DNA of 64,000 nt. Origin: Dehalococcoidia bacterium (GTDB lineage Bacteria > Chloroflexota > Dehalococcoidia > UBA2979). Each line of letters begins with the position of its first letter. Within the stretch, counting starts at the first letter, position 1. Both the position numbers and the translations under genes were made by a program. The notes under the pieces are model-generated. The model was not told the DNA's origin. It ran no database searches and saw nothing but the letters and a program-made list of their open reading frames with translations. The stretch lies in assembly GCA_965262725.1 (NCBI GenBank), contig OZ253555.1, positions 2,464,001 through 2,528,000 on the forward strand. Direction: 5' to 3'. Shown in pieces: positions 10,071 through 20,800 of this stretch.

Positions 10071-10148
10071 TGCGACCTGGGCAGCGGCATTGCTATGCTG
10101 CCTAATACAAGGCACATAGCTAGATGGTAATGCGACAGGGTACTGCTC

Positions 10149-10382
10149 ATGATCGAGTCTGGAATCACCTCGAAGGGACAGACCACATTGCCACGAGCAG
10201 TGCGCGATGCGCTCTGCCTGCACGCTGGTGATCGGGTGCGCTACCTCATCCAGGATGGGGAAGTCAGGATCCTGCCGGTACGCCCCATCGCACGGCTCTT
10301 TGGCGTACTACGGCATGACGGCCCGGCCGCGACCCTGGACGACATGGAACGCGCCGTCGTCGATGGGGCCACCGACGCGTGA
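10149..10382 (+). CDS. AbrB/MazE-family antitoxin
   Basis: ITSKGQTTLPRAVRDAL swapped-hairpin motif. Overlaps the PIN gene by GTGA. Confidence 0.88.
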   Translation: MIESGITSKGQTTLPRAVRDALCLHAGDRVRYLIQDGEVRILPVRPIARLFGVLRHDGPAATLDDMERAVVDGATDA

Positions 10383-10780
10383 TTGCCGTCGACACGAACG
10401 TCGTCGTGCGATATCTCGTGGCCGACCATGCTGAGCAGGCAGATGCAGCTCGGGCATTACTGGAGCGGTTGACGCCTGAGCGCCCAGGCTTCATCTGCCG
10501 CGAGGTCGCACTTGAGGTTGTCTGGGTACTGGAGCGGGCCTACGGGTTCACGCGCGTCCAGATCGCAGACGTTCTCATGGAGTTGATCGCCACCGACAGC
10601 ATTGTTGTGGAGGCCGCGGACGACATGGCCCGTGCGGTCTATGCCTATCGCCAGGGTGGTGTCGGCTTCGCGGACCTCATGATCCTCTCAGCGGCTGAGC
10701 GGGAGGGAGCTGCACCCCTCCACACCTTCGACCGCCAGCTTGCGCGGATGAACACGGCGGTCCTTGTGGAGAAGCGGTAG
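10379..10780 (+). CDS. vapC: VapC-family PIN toxin
   Basis: MIAVDTNVVVRYL...E...GFADLMI...HTFD. Confidence 0.88.
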   Translation: MIAVDTNVVVRYLVADHAEQADAARALLERLTPERPGFICREVALEVVWVLERAYGFTRVQIADVLMELIATDSIVVEAADDMARAVYAYRQGGVGFADLMILSAAEREGAAPLHTFDRQLARMNTAVLVEKR

Positions 10781-10899
10781 GAGCGCACCCAGACCGACCG
10801 ATGCCCAGAGGCCGTGGCCGGTCGTAGGTGCCGCCTGCAGAGACCGTCTCCCTGCTTGTGACACCACTTCTCGGGACGCTACTCGACGCGCTCACGACC

Positions 10900-11042
10900 C
10901 TGAGATCATCAGCGACCAGCTCTACCGGAGGCTGAACATGCTATTCCGTCGCAAGGGCTGGCATCGCGACGAACCGGTCGAGTACAAGCGGGATGAGTCA
11001 CCAACACTGCTGAGGCGGCTCGTGCTGCGGGCACGGACATGA
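10900..11042 (+). pseudogene. Possible C-terminal remnant of an ImmA/IrrE-family protein
   Basis: IISDQLYRRLNMLFRRKGWHRDEP resembles C-termini of HTH-ImmA proteins. No start context. Confidence 0.35.
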
Positions 11043-11192
11043 TGGGGTGGGATGGGGAACGACGGCCGAGGCCCCGGCTAGGTGTCTGGGGGCTGTACGC
11101 GTGACCGCCTTGACAAAAATCGTGGGGACAGGAGGGTAGCGCCACGTTCCGGCGCCGGGATGGCGTGGTCGTGCGAGTCTCGGGAGGAACCG

Positions 11193-11780
11193 ATGGCTGT
11201 GGAACTCACTCTGACCCAGCTGGTGCGCAACGGCACGATGTCTCCAGAGATGGCGGACACGCTCATCGTGGCCGCCCGGTCGCGGTCCTCGCTTCTGTTC
11301 TTCGCCGGGCCGCGGCTCGCGGGCAAGACGACGACGCTGCGCGCGACCCTCGCGTACGTGCCCGAGGGCACGCCGGTCCACGAGGTCTCGGCCGACGAGC
11401 CGGACCTCGGCATCCCGGCGCAGCCGGACGGCGGCTACCTGCTCGTGCACGAGTTCGCGGAGACACCGGTCTTCCCGACCTACATCTGGGGCGAGCCGGT
11501 GCGGCGCGTGTTCGATGCGCTGGCGACCGGGGGCCTCTCGCTGGCGGCGGCCACGCACGCCGACTCCCTGGAGGAGGCCTTCGACAAGATCGCGGCGAAC
11601 AGCGTGCCGGACGAGCAGGCCGGGCTGATCGACTACGCCGTCCACATCCGCAGCCTCGGCGACTGGCGTGAGCCGACCCGGCGCGTGGTCGCGGCGCTGT
11701 ACCAGCTGCGCCCCGACCGCGAGGCGAGGCTGCTGCATCTCTGGGACGAGGCGACCAACCGCTTCGAAGTGATGACGTAG
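11193..11780 (+). CDS. Small stand-alone P-loop ATPase (VirB11/TadA C-terminal-domain-like)
   Basis: GGAGG RBS. LVRNGTMS, Walker A GPRLAGKTT, LLVHE, ATHADS. Confidence 0.7.
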   Translation: MAVELTLTQLVRNGTMSPEMADTLIVAARSRSSLLFFAGPRLAGKTTTLRATLAYVPEGTPVHEVSADEPDLGIPAQPDGGYLLVHEFAETPVFPTYIWGEPVRRVFDALATGGLSLAAATHADSLEEAFDKIAANSVPDEQAGLIDYAVHIRSLGDWREPTRRVVAALYQLRPDREARLLHLWDEATNRFEVMT

Positions 11781-11992
11781 ATGATGACGCGAGCACTCCA
11801 CCACTTTATGTGGAGTTCCGAGCCTGGCTACTACAGCCCAGGACCTCCAGGCTCGCGGGACGGACCTACGGTAGTTCCGGCGACCGCGGGTCGCGCCCCG
11901 CTCTACGCAGCCCGTGCCCGTGGCAGCGACACGACGAGCGCGACGCCCGCCCCGGTGCCGCCTGCTGCACCTGGCCGTTAAGCCCGAATCCA

Positions 11993-13909
11993 GAGCGCCA
12001 GGCTAACTGGCGAGTAGGCAGGAGGTGGAAGTCCTCTATGGCAAAGAGCTAGCCACTCATGTCATTCCGCGAGCCGTGCGCGGGTCGTCGCGAGGCGGCT
12101 TGTGAAGCGTCGGCAGCGGGGTGTGCGGGCGGGGCTAATGAGCATCGAAAGGGCCATTTGGGGTGCCGAGGCTCTTGGATTGGTCGAAGGCAATACCGGC
12201 GACGGCGCTACTGGCGAGTCGTGGTCGGGCCCCACGGTGTCGAAGACCCCATGCACGCACACACGTCTATCGCCGGGACTTGGGAGAGCTGCGCGTTGTC
12301 CCGACGAGTCGTACGCCGGGACCGCGTCGGGAAGGGACGTAAACCGTAGCCGATGATGCACGATGCGCAGCAGTCTGATGGGGCCGTACGAGCGATGAAG
12401 GCGGCGAACAAGGGGGCGCGAGCCCCGGCGGAGTCGCTGGAGCAAAGGGCCCCAACCGAGAGGAATCCTCAAAGCACCGGCACGGTCCGGACGCAGAGTC
12501 GGGGTGCGGTGTCACCCGGAGCGGAGAGGATACGGCAGTTCGTGGAACGGAAGCCGGGAGAGAAACTCACCGCGCTCTTGCACCACATCACGCCGGAGGC
12601 GCTGCGGGAGGCGTATCTCGCGTTGAAGCGGGATGCGGCTCCGGGCGTGGACGGGGTGAGGTGGCGAGAATACGGGGACGGGCTGGACGAGCGATTGCTC
12701 GACCTGCATGGCCGCGTACACCGTGGAGCGTACCGGGCGAAGCCCGTCAGGCGGGTAGAGATACCCAAGCCGGACGGGGGAATACGGCCGCTCGGTATCG
12801 TCTCGCTGGAGGACAAGATCGTTCAGCGGGCGGTGGTGGACAATCTTTTGAACCCGATTTACGAGTCGGGCTACTACGGCTTCTCGCATGGCTTCAGGCC
12901 GGGGCGTTCGGCGCATGACGCGCTGGACGCACTGGCCTACGCGGTCGAACGGCGCAAGGTCAGCTGGATTGTCGAGGTGGACATCCGGGAGTTCTTCGGC
13001 AGCATCGACCGGGGGCGGCTGATGTCGTTTCTGGAGATGCGCATCGGGGACCAGCGGGTGTTGCGCCTGATACGAAAGTGGCTGAGCGTCGGCGTCATGG
13101 ACGCGGAGCCGGAAGTCGATTTCGTGCGGGGGATGCCGCAGGGGGCGCCGATATCGCCGCTGCTTGCGAACGTGTACCTGCACAACGTGCTCGACGACTG
13201 GTTTGCGCGCGAGTGGCGACCGCGGGAGGTCCGGGGCGAGGCGTACATCGTGCGGTATGCCGATGACTTCGTCCTGGGGTTCCAGCACCGCAGCGATGCG
13301 GTGCGGTTCATGGAGGCACTCCGGGAGCGGTTCGCGGCCTACGGGCTGGAGCTGCACCCGGAGAAGACCCGTCTACTTGAGTTCGGCAGGTTCGCGCTGG
13401 CGAACAGGCGGAAGCGCGGGGAGGGCCGACCGGAAACGTTCGACTTTCTCGGCATGACGCACTACTGCCGGACCCGACGCGACGGGAGATTCGGGCTGGG
13501 GCGCAAGCCCGTTGCGAAGCGGATGCGCCGGACGCTGAAGGCCATCAAGGCCGAGTTGTGGCGGCGCATGCACGACAACCCCGTGACGACGGGGCAGTGG
13601 CTGGGGCGGGTACTGCGTGGGTGGCTTGGCTACTACGCGGTGCCGACCAGCTCGCCGGCGCTCACGCAGTTTGTTCGTGTCGTGAAGCGGCTCTGGCTGC
13701 GCGTTCTCCGACGGCGGTCGCAGCGCGACCGTTTCACGTGGGAGCGCATCCTTGCCCTGTGCCAGAAACACTGGCCCCGAATCTCCATCCTTCACCCGTG
13801 GCCTGCGGAGCGATTTGCCGTCACGCACTTGAGGTAGGAGCCGGATGCCCGAGAGGGCACGTCCGGATCTGTGCGGGGGGTGCCGGGCAACCGGCATCCC
13901 TACCGCGAA
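11993..13909 (+). mobile_element. Group II intron, copy 2 (1917 bp), inverted relative to copy 1
   Basis: Near-identical to 7812..9728. Flanks AGCCCGAATCCA | CCGATCG. Confidence 0.9.
12353..13837 (+). CDS. ltrA: Group II intron reverse transcriptase/maturase
   Basis: Same protein as copy 1 except F>V (RFVKR vs RVVKR). YADD motif. Confidence 0.93.
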   Translation: MMHDAQQSDGAVRAMKAANKGARAPAESLEQRAPTERNPQSTGTVRTQSRGAVSPGAERIRQFVERKPGEKLTALLHHITPEALREAYLALKRDAAPGVDGVRWREYGDGLDERLLDLHGRVHRGAYRAKPVRRVEIPKPDGGIRPLGIVSLEDKIVQRAVVDNLLNPIYESGYYGFSHGFRPGRSAHDALDALAYAVERRKVSWIVEVDIREFFGSIDRGRLMSFLEMRIGDQRVLRLIRKWLSVGVMDAEPEVDFVRGMPQGAPISPLLANVYLHNVLDDWFAREWRPREVRGEAYIVRYADDFVLGFQHRSDAVRFMEALRERFAAYGLELHPEKTRLLEFGRFALANRRKRGEGRPETFDFLGMTHYCRTRRDGRFGLGRKPVAKRMRRTLKAIKAELWRRMHDNPVTTGQWLGRVLRGWLGYYAVPTSSPALTQFVRVVKRLWLRVLRRRSQRDRFTWERILALCQKHWPRISILHPWPAERFAVTHLR

Positions 13910-14074
13910 CCGATCGACGCCTGTAGCGGCTGCACCTCCGGGGAAACAGGTTCAGCGGCTGCATCCCATGGGGATTGCGGTGTGTCCTTCTCAGGCGCGC
14001 TCGCGATAGCGACTGTGAGCAGTTCCGCCTGCCCATCTGCGACGGAGCCAGGGCGGCCGCGTGGACGCAGGCAA

Positions 14075-14262
14075 CGACGGTTTCGGGACGTACCTTGACC
14101 CGCTCACACTCCGCACAGTTGCCGACCTTCTGGCCACGACCGCCGAATCACGCGCCAGGGGCAAGAGGCGCTGCGCGGCTTGCGGCTTCTTCCTTCGAGG
14201 GCCCCACCATCTGCTCAGTGCTCATGCAGTCCGCGGGCCTCGTGAATGACCACCCCCGCCGC
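14075..14262 (+). pseudogene. tag: DNA-3-methyladenine glycosylase I C-terminal remnant
   Basis: Frameshifted ...TAESRA...GFF/EGPTICSVLMQSAGLVNDH matches the TagI C-terminal motif GPTICYAFMQAxGxVNDH. Confidence 0.6.
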
Positions 14263-14265
14263 CGC

Positions 14266-17200
14266 CTACGGCGCTCCCGCGGTCGCGGCCGCCGGGCTCA
14301 CGCCGTCGCTCTTCACGATCAGAGGCGTGATGGCGGGGAGGCCGTCCGTGAACAACGCGCGGAAGGACCGGTTCACGAACTCCGGGGCACCGAGGATGTA
14401 GGGGAAGTAGCCGCCGTCGTGCAGGGTGTAGATGGCCGTTATGTCGCGGCTCTCCGCGCAGGTCACGAGTTCCTCGATCGCACCGCCCTGGTAGAGGACG
14501 AGGCTGAAGCCCGTGGCGACCGTGCCGCGCAGGCACTCCGGCCAGGGCGGTGTCGGGTCATCGCCCGTGATGCTGCCGGCGGGATCGGCTGTGGGCGGCC
14601 CCTCGCTCTTGACGATCAGGGGTGTCGTGGCGGGGACGCCGTCTGCGAACAGCTCGCCGAAGGAGCTGTTCACGAACTCGGGTGCACCGAGGATGTAGGG
14701 CACGTAGCCGCCGTCGTGCAGGGTGTAGAGGGCCGTGCCGTGGCGGCTCTGCGCGCAGTCCACCAGCTCCTCGACACTGCCGCCCGCGTAGACGACCAGG
14801 CTGAAGCCGAGCGCAACGGCACCCCGGAAGCACGGGGGCGCAGGGCCGTCCGGGACCTCCTGCCCCGGATCGCCGACCAGCACGCGGTAGACGCGCTCGC
14901 GGCTCTCGTCGCGGGAGGTGACGGTGACGGTGATCTCGGGGACATCTTCCAGCGCGACCTGGTGGGCGTTCTCCGGGTCGTCGTCGTCGTCGTCGTCGGG
15001 TTCGATGAGGATCGCCGCTCCCGACTGCGAGGCCTCCGCCCCGACCGTGGTCTCGGTGACGTCGTCCCCGGCCGTCCCGGCGTACTCCGTCTGGGCGCTG
15101 TCGAACTCCCCGATGTCGACGCCGCTGAGCTCGAGCGTGGCCAAGCGCGCGTCGATCGCGTCGGGCATGTTGTAGGTGTAGACCTTGTCGTCGCTCTGGT
15201 CGGCGACGTACATGACGCCCCCGTCCGACCAGAGACCGCGGGGGCTGTTGTTACTGGCGCCGCTCAGCTTCTTGAAGTCCTCATCGCTGACGCGCTCGAG
15301 TGCACTGTGCTCGTCGGGTTCCTCTCCGTCGGGCAGCGCAGGCAGCCGGTAAGCGAGGAGCCGCTTGGCCACGTGGTCGGAGACCCATACGCCGACGCCG
15401 TCGGACCAGATGCCGTGCGGGTCGCCGCTGGAGGAGTCGAGGGCGTACTCGCCGAGCAGGTCGCCGCTCTCGAGGTCGTAGGCGAAGATGCTGTCCTTCC
15501 CACCGTCGAGCGCCCACATCGTCCCATCGGCGGACCAGATGCCGCGCACGTCGCGGTTGCGCTCGGCGAGTGCGAGGTCGCGTTCGGGGAGGCGCTCGCC
15601 GCTCTCGAGGTCGTGGGCGAACAGCTTCTCCTGGCCACTGTCGCTGATCCAGATGACCGTCCGGTCGGACCAGACGCCGCGGGGGGCGCGGTTGCGCTCA
15701 TCCAGCTCGAACTCGCGCTCCTCGATGCGTTCGCCGGTCTTGGGGTCGTAGGCGTAAACCGCGTCGCCCGCACCGTCCGAGTTGTCGGCGATCCAGAGCG
15801 TCGTGCCATCGGACCACAGGCCGGTCGCCTTGTCATTGCCGCCGTCGAGCTCCTCGATGTCGTGCTCGACCGTCCACTCGAAGTCGGCCTCGCTCGAAGT
15901 CGGCCTCGCTCGGGGTCGGGCCACGCGAGCCGCCCCCGCCGCCTCCTCCTCCGAAGATGATCGGTGGCCTGATCACCTGGTTCGGATCTGTGACAGTGAC
16001 TCCCGCGTCCAACGTTCCGGTCCGCGTTCCCCGATCGCCGTCGGAGGAAGCGCTGACGGTGACCTCATACGTGTTGTCGCCGTTGGTGTCGGCCGGATTA
16101 TCGAAGTCGGGCACGGCGGTGAAGCTCAGGTCTCCGGCATCGGAGAACTCGAAGTGTTGTGCGTCCACGCCCGAAAGCGGCTCCCAGCTTGTCACGAATC
16201 CTTCCGGGTCGGTTGCGCCGTAGCGGCCCACGTAGGCCGTGGTGCCGCCCCGGACCTTCACACTGGTGGGCCCAGCGATGACGGGAGGCTCGTCAACGTC
16301 ATTGATGACAACGGTGACGCGGAATACCGCGCTGTTCGACCCATCGGACGCATGTATGGTCACCTCATACACGTTGTTCCGACCGGCGTCCCTCGGGTCC
16401 TCATAGTCCCCGGCGGAATCGAAATTGAGCACGCCGTCGGCGATGCTGAAGAAGCTTGCATCAGGACCCGAGAGCGACCAGGTAATGGTGTCGCTCTCGG
16501 GATCGGTCGCGATATACGTTTCTACGTCCCTTGGGTTGGTCTCAAAGAAGCTTGGCGCCGCCTTTCCTGAGACGACCGGCCCCACGTTGAGGTTGGTGCC
16601 GCTGACTGTCACCTCAGTCGAAGGAGTGCCCGCGCCGACTGCATTTCGTGCGAGCACGCGCACGGTGTACGTACTGCTCGCGCTCAGTCCGGCGACGGTA
16701 TGGGAAGTTGTGGTCACCTCCGCCTCGGAGACATGGGATGCGACGCCCCAACTTCCAGACGCCAACTTCCATTGCACCGTGTAGCCGGTGATCTCTGAAC
16801 CGCCGTCTCCAACGCTGAACGTTCGGTCGAGGTCGAGCCAGCAGTCGAAGACAACGGTGAAGTCACAAACCGCAGGGGTCGACCAGCTCAGGTCAAGCTC
16901 GCCGGGGTCACCCAGTGAGCCGCTCAGGTCCGGTGGCGCGTCCGGCGCCACAGCCGCGACGGTGCTTGTCGCCTGTACATCAAGGGATTCGCTGTTGCCT
17001 TGGTCGTCGTCGAAGTGCGCCTGCACTTTGATTGTCAGCCCGGCGTCGTACGGCGCGAGCGCGTACTCGTTGATAGACGTCGCGGCCCGGAAAAAGGCGC
17101 CCTCCTCGAGGAGGTCATCATCCGCGAACCAGGTGTAACTGAACTCGGTGTCCGTGAGCCCGTCGGCGTCGGCGATCGAGGAAGTGTCCACACGTGCGAC

Positions 17201-17368
17201 TTCACCCACCCGCAGCGCGCCGATGATGGTGGGCGTGCCCGTAGCCGGATTGTTGGGGGGCGGCTGCTGAGCGCTGAGTTGGCCGCTCTGAAGCGAGATG
17301 ACGCCGACGGCCATCACGGCCATGAGCGCCGCCCGGCGCCAGAATCGGGCAAGAAGATGGTTCTGCAT
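14266..17368 (-). pseudogene. Secreted FN3/cadherin/beta-propeller surface protein, frameshifted
   Basis: ORF 15833..17368 (signal peptide, FN3, 2 cadherins) plus ORF 14266..15924 (propeller, C-terminal repeats). Together they are collinear with the C-terminus of the 2681-aa paralogue. Split by a 16-bp duplication. Confidence 0.85.
15877..15908. repeat. 16-bp perfect tandem duplication CTCGAAGTCGGCCTCG x2
   Basis: Seen directly. Removing one unit restores ...PSEADFEWTVEHD. Confidence 0.95.
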
Positions 17369-17838
17369 TCAACTCGTTCCCCTCGAGCGTTCGCGGAGTC
17401 GGCCCCAAATCTGGTCGATGCAGGGGAACGACCCCGCTGCGCGAGGTGCTCCCCTCGTGTCCAGTGATGGGACCGTTCCTGCGAAGACCAGTCGCACGCG
17501 TGAGAGCCACGAAGGGAGCATGATGCGCCCCATCACCGTTGCCGCTTACGCGGGAGCACGGTTCTTCGGAGGAACAAGGGGGACTTAGCGCATCCGAGCA
17601 CGAGTGCGCATCCGCCGCGTCGGAGCCCACGCCCCACCTGGGCAGCCACCGGCGCGCCGGTGTGCCTCGCGAGCGCCGGGCCAGCGCTTGCATCGAGAGG
17701 TGCAGTCTCACGTAGATGAGCGTTTGGACCGTATGGGACTGAGGCGAGTCCCTCCAGCCATCCCCGGCGTCGCCAGTCGCCCCGAGGTCCGCCGCGTCCT
17801 AGCGGTTCCGTACTTGGCCGCCTCAGCCGGCATGTGCT

Positions 17839-20800
17839 CTAGTTCTCCGCCGCGTTGCCGCTGTCGGCGCTGGCTGTGAGCGGCGAGTCGCTCTTGGCCA
17901 CCAGTGGCGTCAGGGCGGGCAGACCGTCGGTAAACAGCTCGAAGAACGAGCGATTCACAAAGTCCGGAGCACCGAGGATGTAGGGGAAGTAGCTGCCTTC
18001 GTCGAGCGCGTAGAGGGCCGTGATGTTGTGGCCCTGCGCGCAGGTCGCGAGTTCCTCGAGCGAACCGCCCTGGTAGAGGACGAGGCTGAAGCCCGTCGCA
18101 ATCTCGCCGTGCAGGCAGCTCGACCCCCGCAGCGTTGCGAGCTCATCCTCTGGGGGTCGGTCGACGGCGGTATCCGCGCTCGGCGGCCCGTCGCTCCCGG
18201 CGACGAACGGCGTCAAGGGCAAGACGCCATCCGCATACAACTCCTGGAAGGAACGATTCACGAATTCAGGCGCGCCGACGATGTAGGGCACGTAGACGCC
18301 GTCATCCAACACGTAGAGGGCCACGATGTGCCTGCTCAGGGCGCAGACCAGCAGGTCCTCGATACTGCCTCCTTCGTAGATGACGAGGCTGAAGCCGGCG
18401 GCCACATCCCCGCGGAAGCAATGGGATGTGGGCCCGCTCGCGGCTGTCGGCTCTGGGTCGCGGAGCCGGACGCGGTAGACGAGCTCGCGGCTGCCATCCG
18501 CCGACATCACCGTCACCGTGATCTCGCTCGTTCCCTCGAGGGCGACCTGATGGCCCTCCGCCTCCTCGTCGGCATCCGGCGGGTCGATGTCGACACTCGT
18601 ACGGCGCTGTAGCGCCTCCGCGGTGACCGTCGTTTCCGTGACACCGTCGCCGCCAGTGCCCCGGTAGTCCGTCCGGACTGGCAGGAACTCCCCGAGCTCG
18701 ACGCCGCTCAGAGTGAGGGACGCGAGGCGGGCGTCGATGGCATCGGGCATGTTGTAGGTGTAGACCTTGTCGTCGCTCTCATCGGCGACGTACATCACGT
18801 CGCCGTCGGACCAGATGCCGCGCGGGCTGTTGTTGCTGGCCTTCGACAGCTCCTTGAACTCCTCGTCAATGACGCGCTCGAGGTCCTGCGGTTCCGCGTC
18901 TTCGGCCGCGGGTTCCTCGGGTGCGGGCAAGCGGTAGGCGAGGAGCCGCTTCGCTCCATCGTCGGAGACCCAGAACGTAGTGCCGTCCGACCAGATGCCG
19001 TGGGGGTCGCCGTTGGTGCTGTCGAGGGCGTACTCGGCGAGCAGCTCGCCGCTCTCCAGGTTGTAGGCGAAGAGCGCATTCTTGCCGCCATCCAGCACCC
19101 ACATCGTCGCGCCGTCGGACCAGATGCCGCGCGCATCGCGGTTGCGGTCCGCGAGTTCGATGTCGCGCTCGGGGAGGCGCTCGCCAGTCGCGAGGTCGTG
19201 AGCGAAGAGGTGATTCTGGCCGCTGTCGGAGACCCACGCCGTCTCGCCGTCGGACCAGATGCCGCGCGGCGCTCGGTTGCGTTCGTCGAGCTCGAACTCG
19301 CGGCCCTCGACGCGTTCGCCGCTCTCGAGGGCGTAGGCGTAGATCGCGTCGTCGGCGCCGTCGCCGTTCTCCAGCAGCGACAGGGTCACGCCGTCGGACC
19401 ACAGGCCCGAGGGCTTGTCGTGACCGCCGTCGAGTTCGTCGATGTCGTGCGTCACGTTCCACTCGAAGTCGAGGAGACTCGGGCTGGGGCCGGAGGGACC
19501 ACCGCCGCCGCCGCCGCCGGTGATGATCGGAGGTCCTACCGGGCCGGCTGTGACGGTGATGGTCACCTCGACGGTCGCGCTGCCGCCATTGCCGTCTGAA
19601 GCGTCGACCGTGAGGGTGTACGTGTTCTTCGTCGCGATGTCGAAGGTAACCCCGCCGCCGACCGTGATCTGACCATCCTGCCGGTCGATCTCGAACGAAG
19701 ACGCGTCGGCGCCGTAGCGGCTGTACGTGAGCGTGTCGCCCCCGTCGACGTCCGTCGCCGTCACGGGCGCGCCGACCCTGGCGCCAGCCTCCGCGCTTTC
19801 GGACACGGAGCGCGCGGGCATGGACTCGCCGAACGCAGGGGCGTCGTTCACCGCGTCGATCTGGACGGAGACGGAGGCGGTGCTCGAGAGGGACGGGCTG
19901 CCCGTGTCCCGGACGCGGTAGGTGAACGTGTCCGCTCCGTTGTAATCGGCGTTGGGCTCGTACGTGATCGTGCGGTTCTCGCCCGCGTTTGCGGGTTCAT
20001 TGACCGTCACCGCCCCGTTTCGCGGCGCGTTGGGGCCCGAGTTGAACACCGTCAGCAGCAACTCGCTCCGGTCGTCCTCGGGGTCGCTGTCGTTGGCGAG
20101 GACATCGATCCTGATCTCGGTGTCCTCGTCGAAGCTGTTGGGGGCGTCGGCGAGGGCGTCCGGCGGCTCGTTCACATCCGTGACTTCGATGGTGACCTGG
20201 ACGGTGTCAAACGCATTCGAGCTGTCGAGGGCTTTGACGGTGACCGTGTGCGAGGGCGCTGTCTCGTGATCGAGGGCCCCCCGGTTCTTGACCCGGATCT
20301 GGCCGTTGCTGCCGTCAATCGTGAACAGGTCCGGCACGGGCTCGACTTCGTACCTCACCGTGTCGCCGCTGTCGGGATCGGTGGCCGTAACGCGGCCGCC
20401 GACCGGGGCGTTCGCCCCTGCGTTCTCGGCGATGCTGCGGGTCGGGCTCGTCTCCGTGAATGTCGGCGGGTTGTTGGTGACGGGTTTCGCGCGCACCGGG
20501 TTGTTGGAGACGGCGCTACCGCTCTTGTTCGGCCCGTGGCCGTCGGTGTAGGTGGCGGTCGCGCGCAGGTAATCGCCGACGTCACCGGTAACGGGAGTGT
20601 AGACGCTGCTCGTCGCGATGCTGTTCACGGCCCCGCTGACGGCCGTCCAGGGGCCGCTGCGGCTCGTCGAGCGCTCCCACGTCCACGTCGTCGACTGCAC
20701 GCCGTCGGGATCGCTGAGGGTGGCGGTGTAGTCTGCTTCTTCCCGCGGCCGCGTTGCGGGCAGGGCGAGCATCCCCGGCTCTTCCTTGTTCGTGACGGTG

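Noticed and set aside
11781-11980. Hairpin-rich stretch before intron copy 2 as ncRNA or attC-like site
   Set aside because: Only short GC-rich hairpins, with no second copy or recognisable family. The EBS/IBS pairing already explains the target.
7884-13837. RT genes as retron, DGR or CRISPR-associated RT
   Set aside because: Domain X, domains V/VI and clean intron boundaries identify ordinary group II intron proteins. I saw no TR/VR pair, msr-msd or Cas1 fusion.
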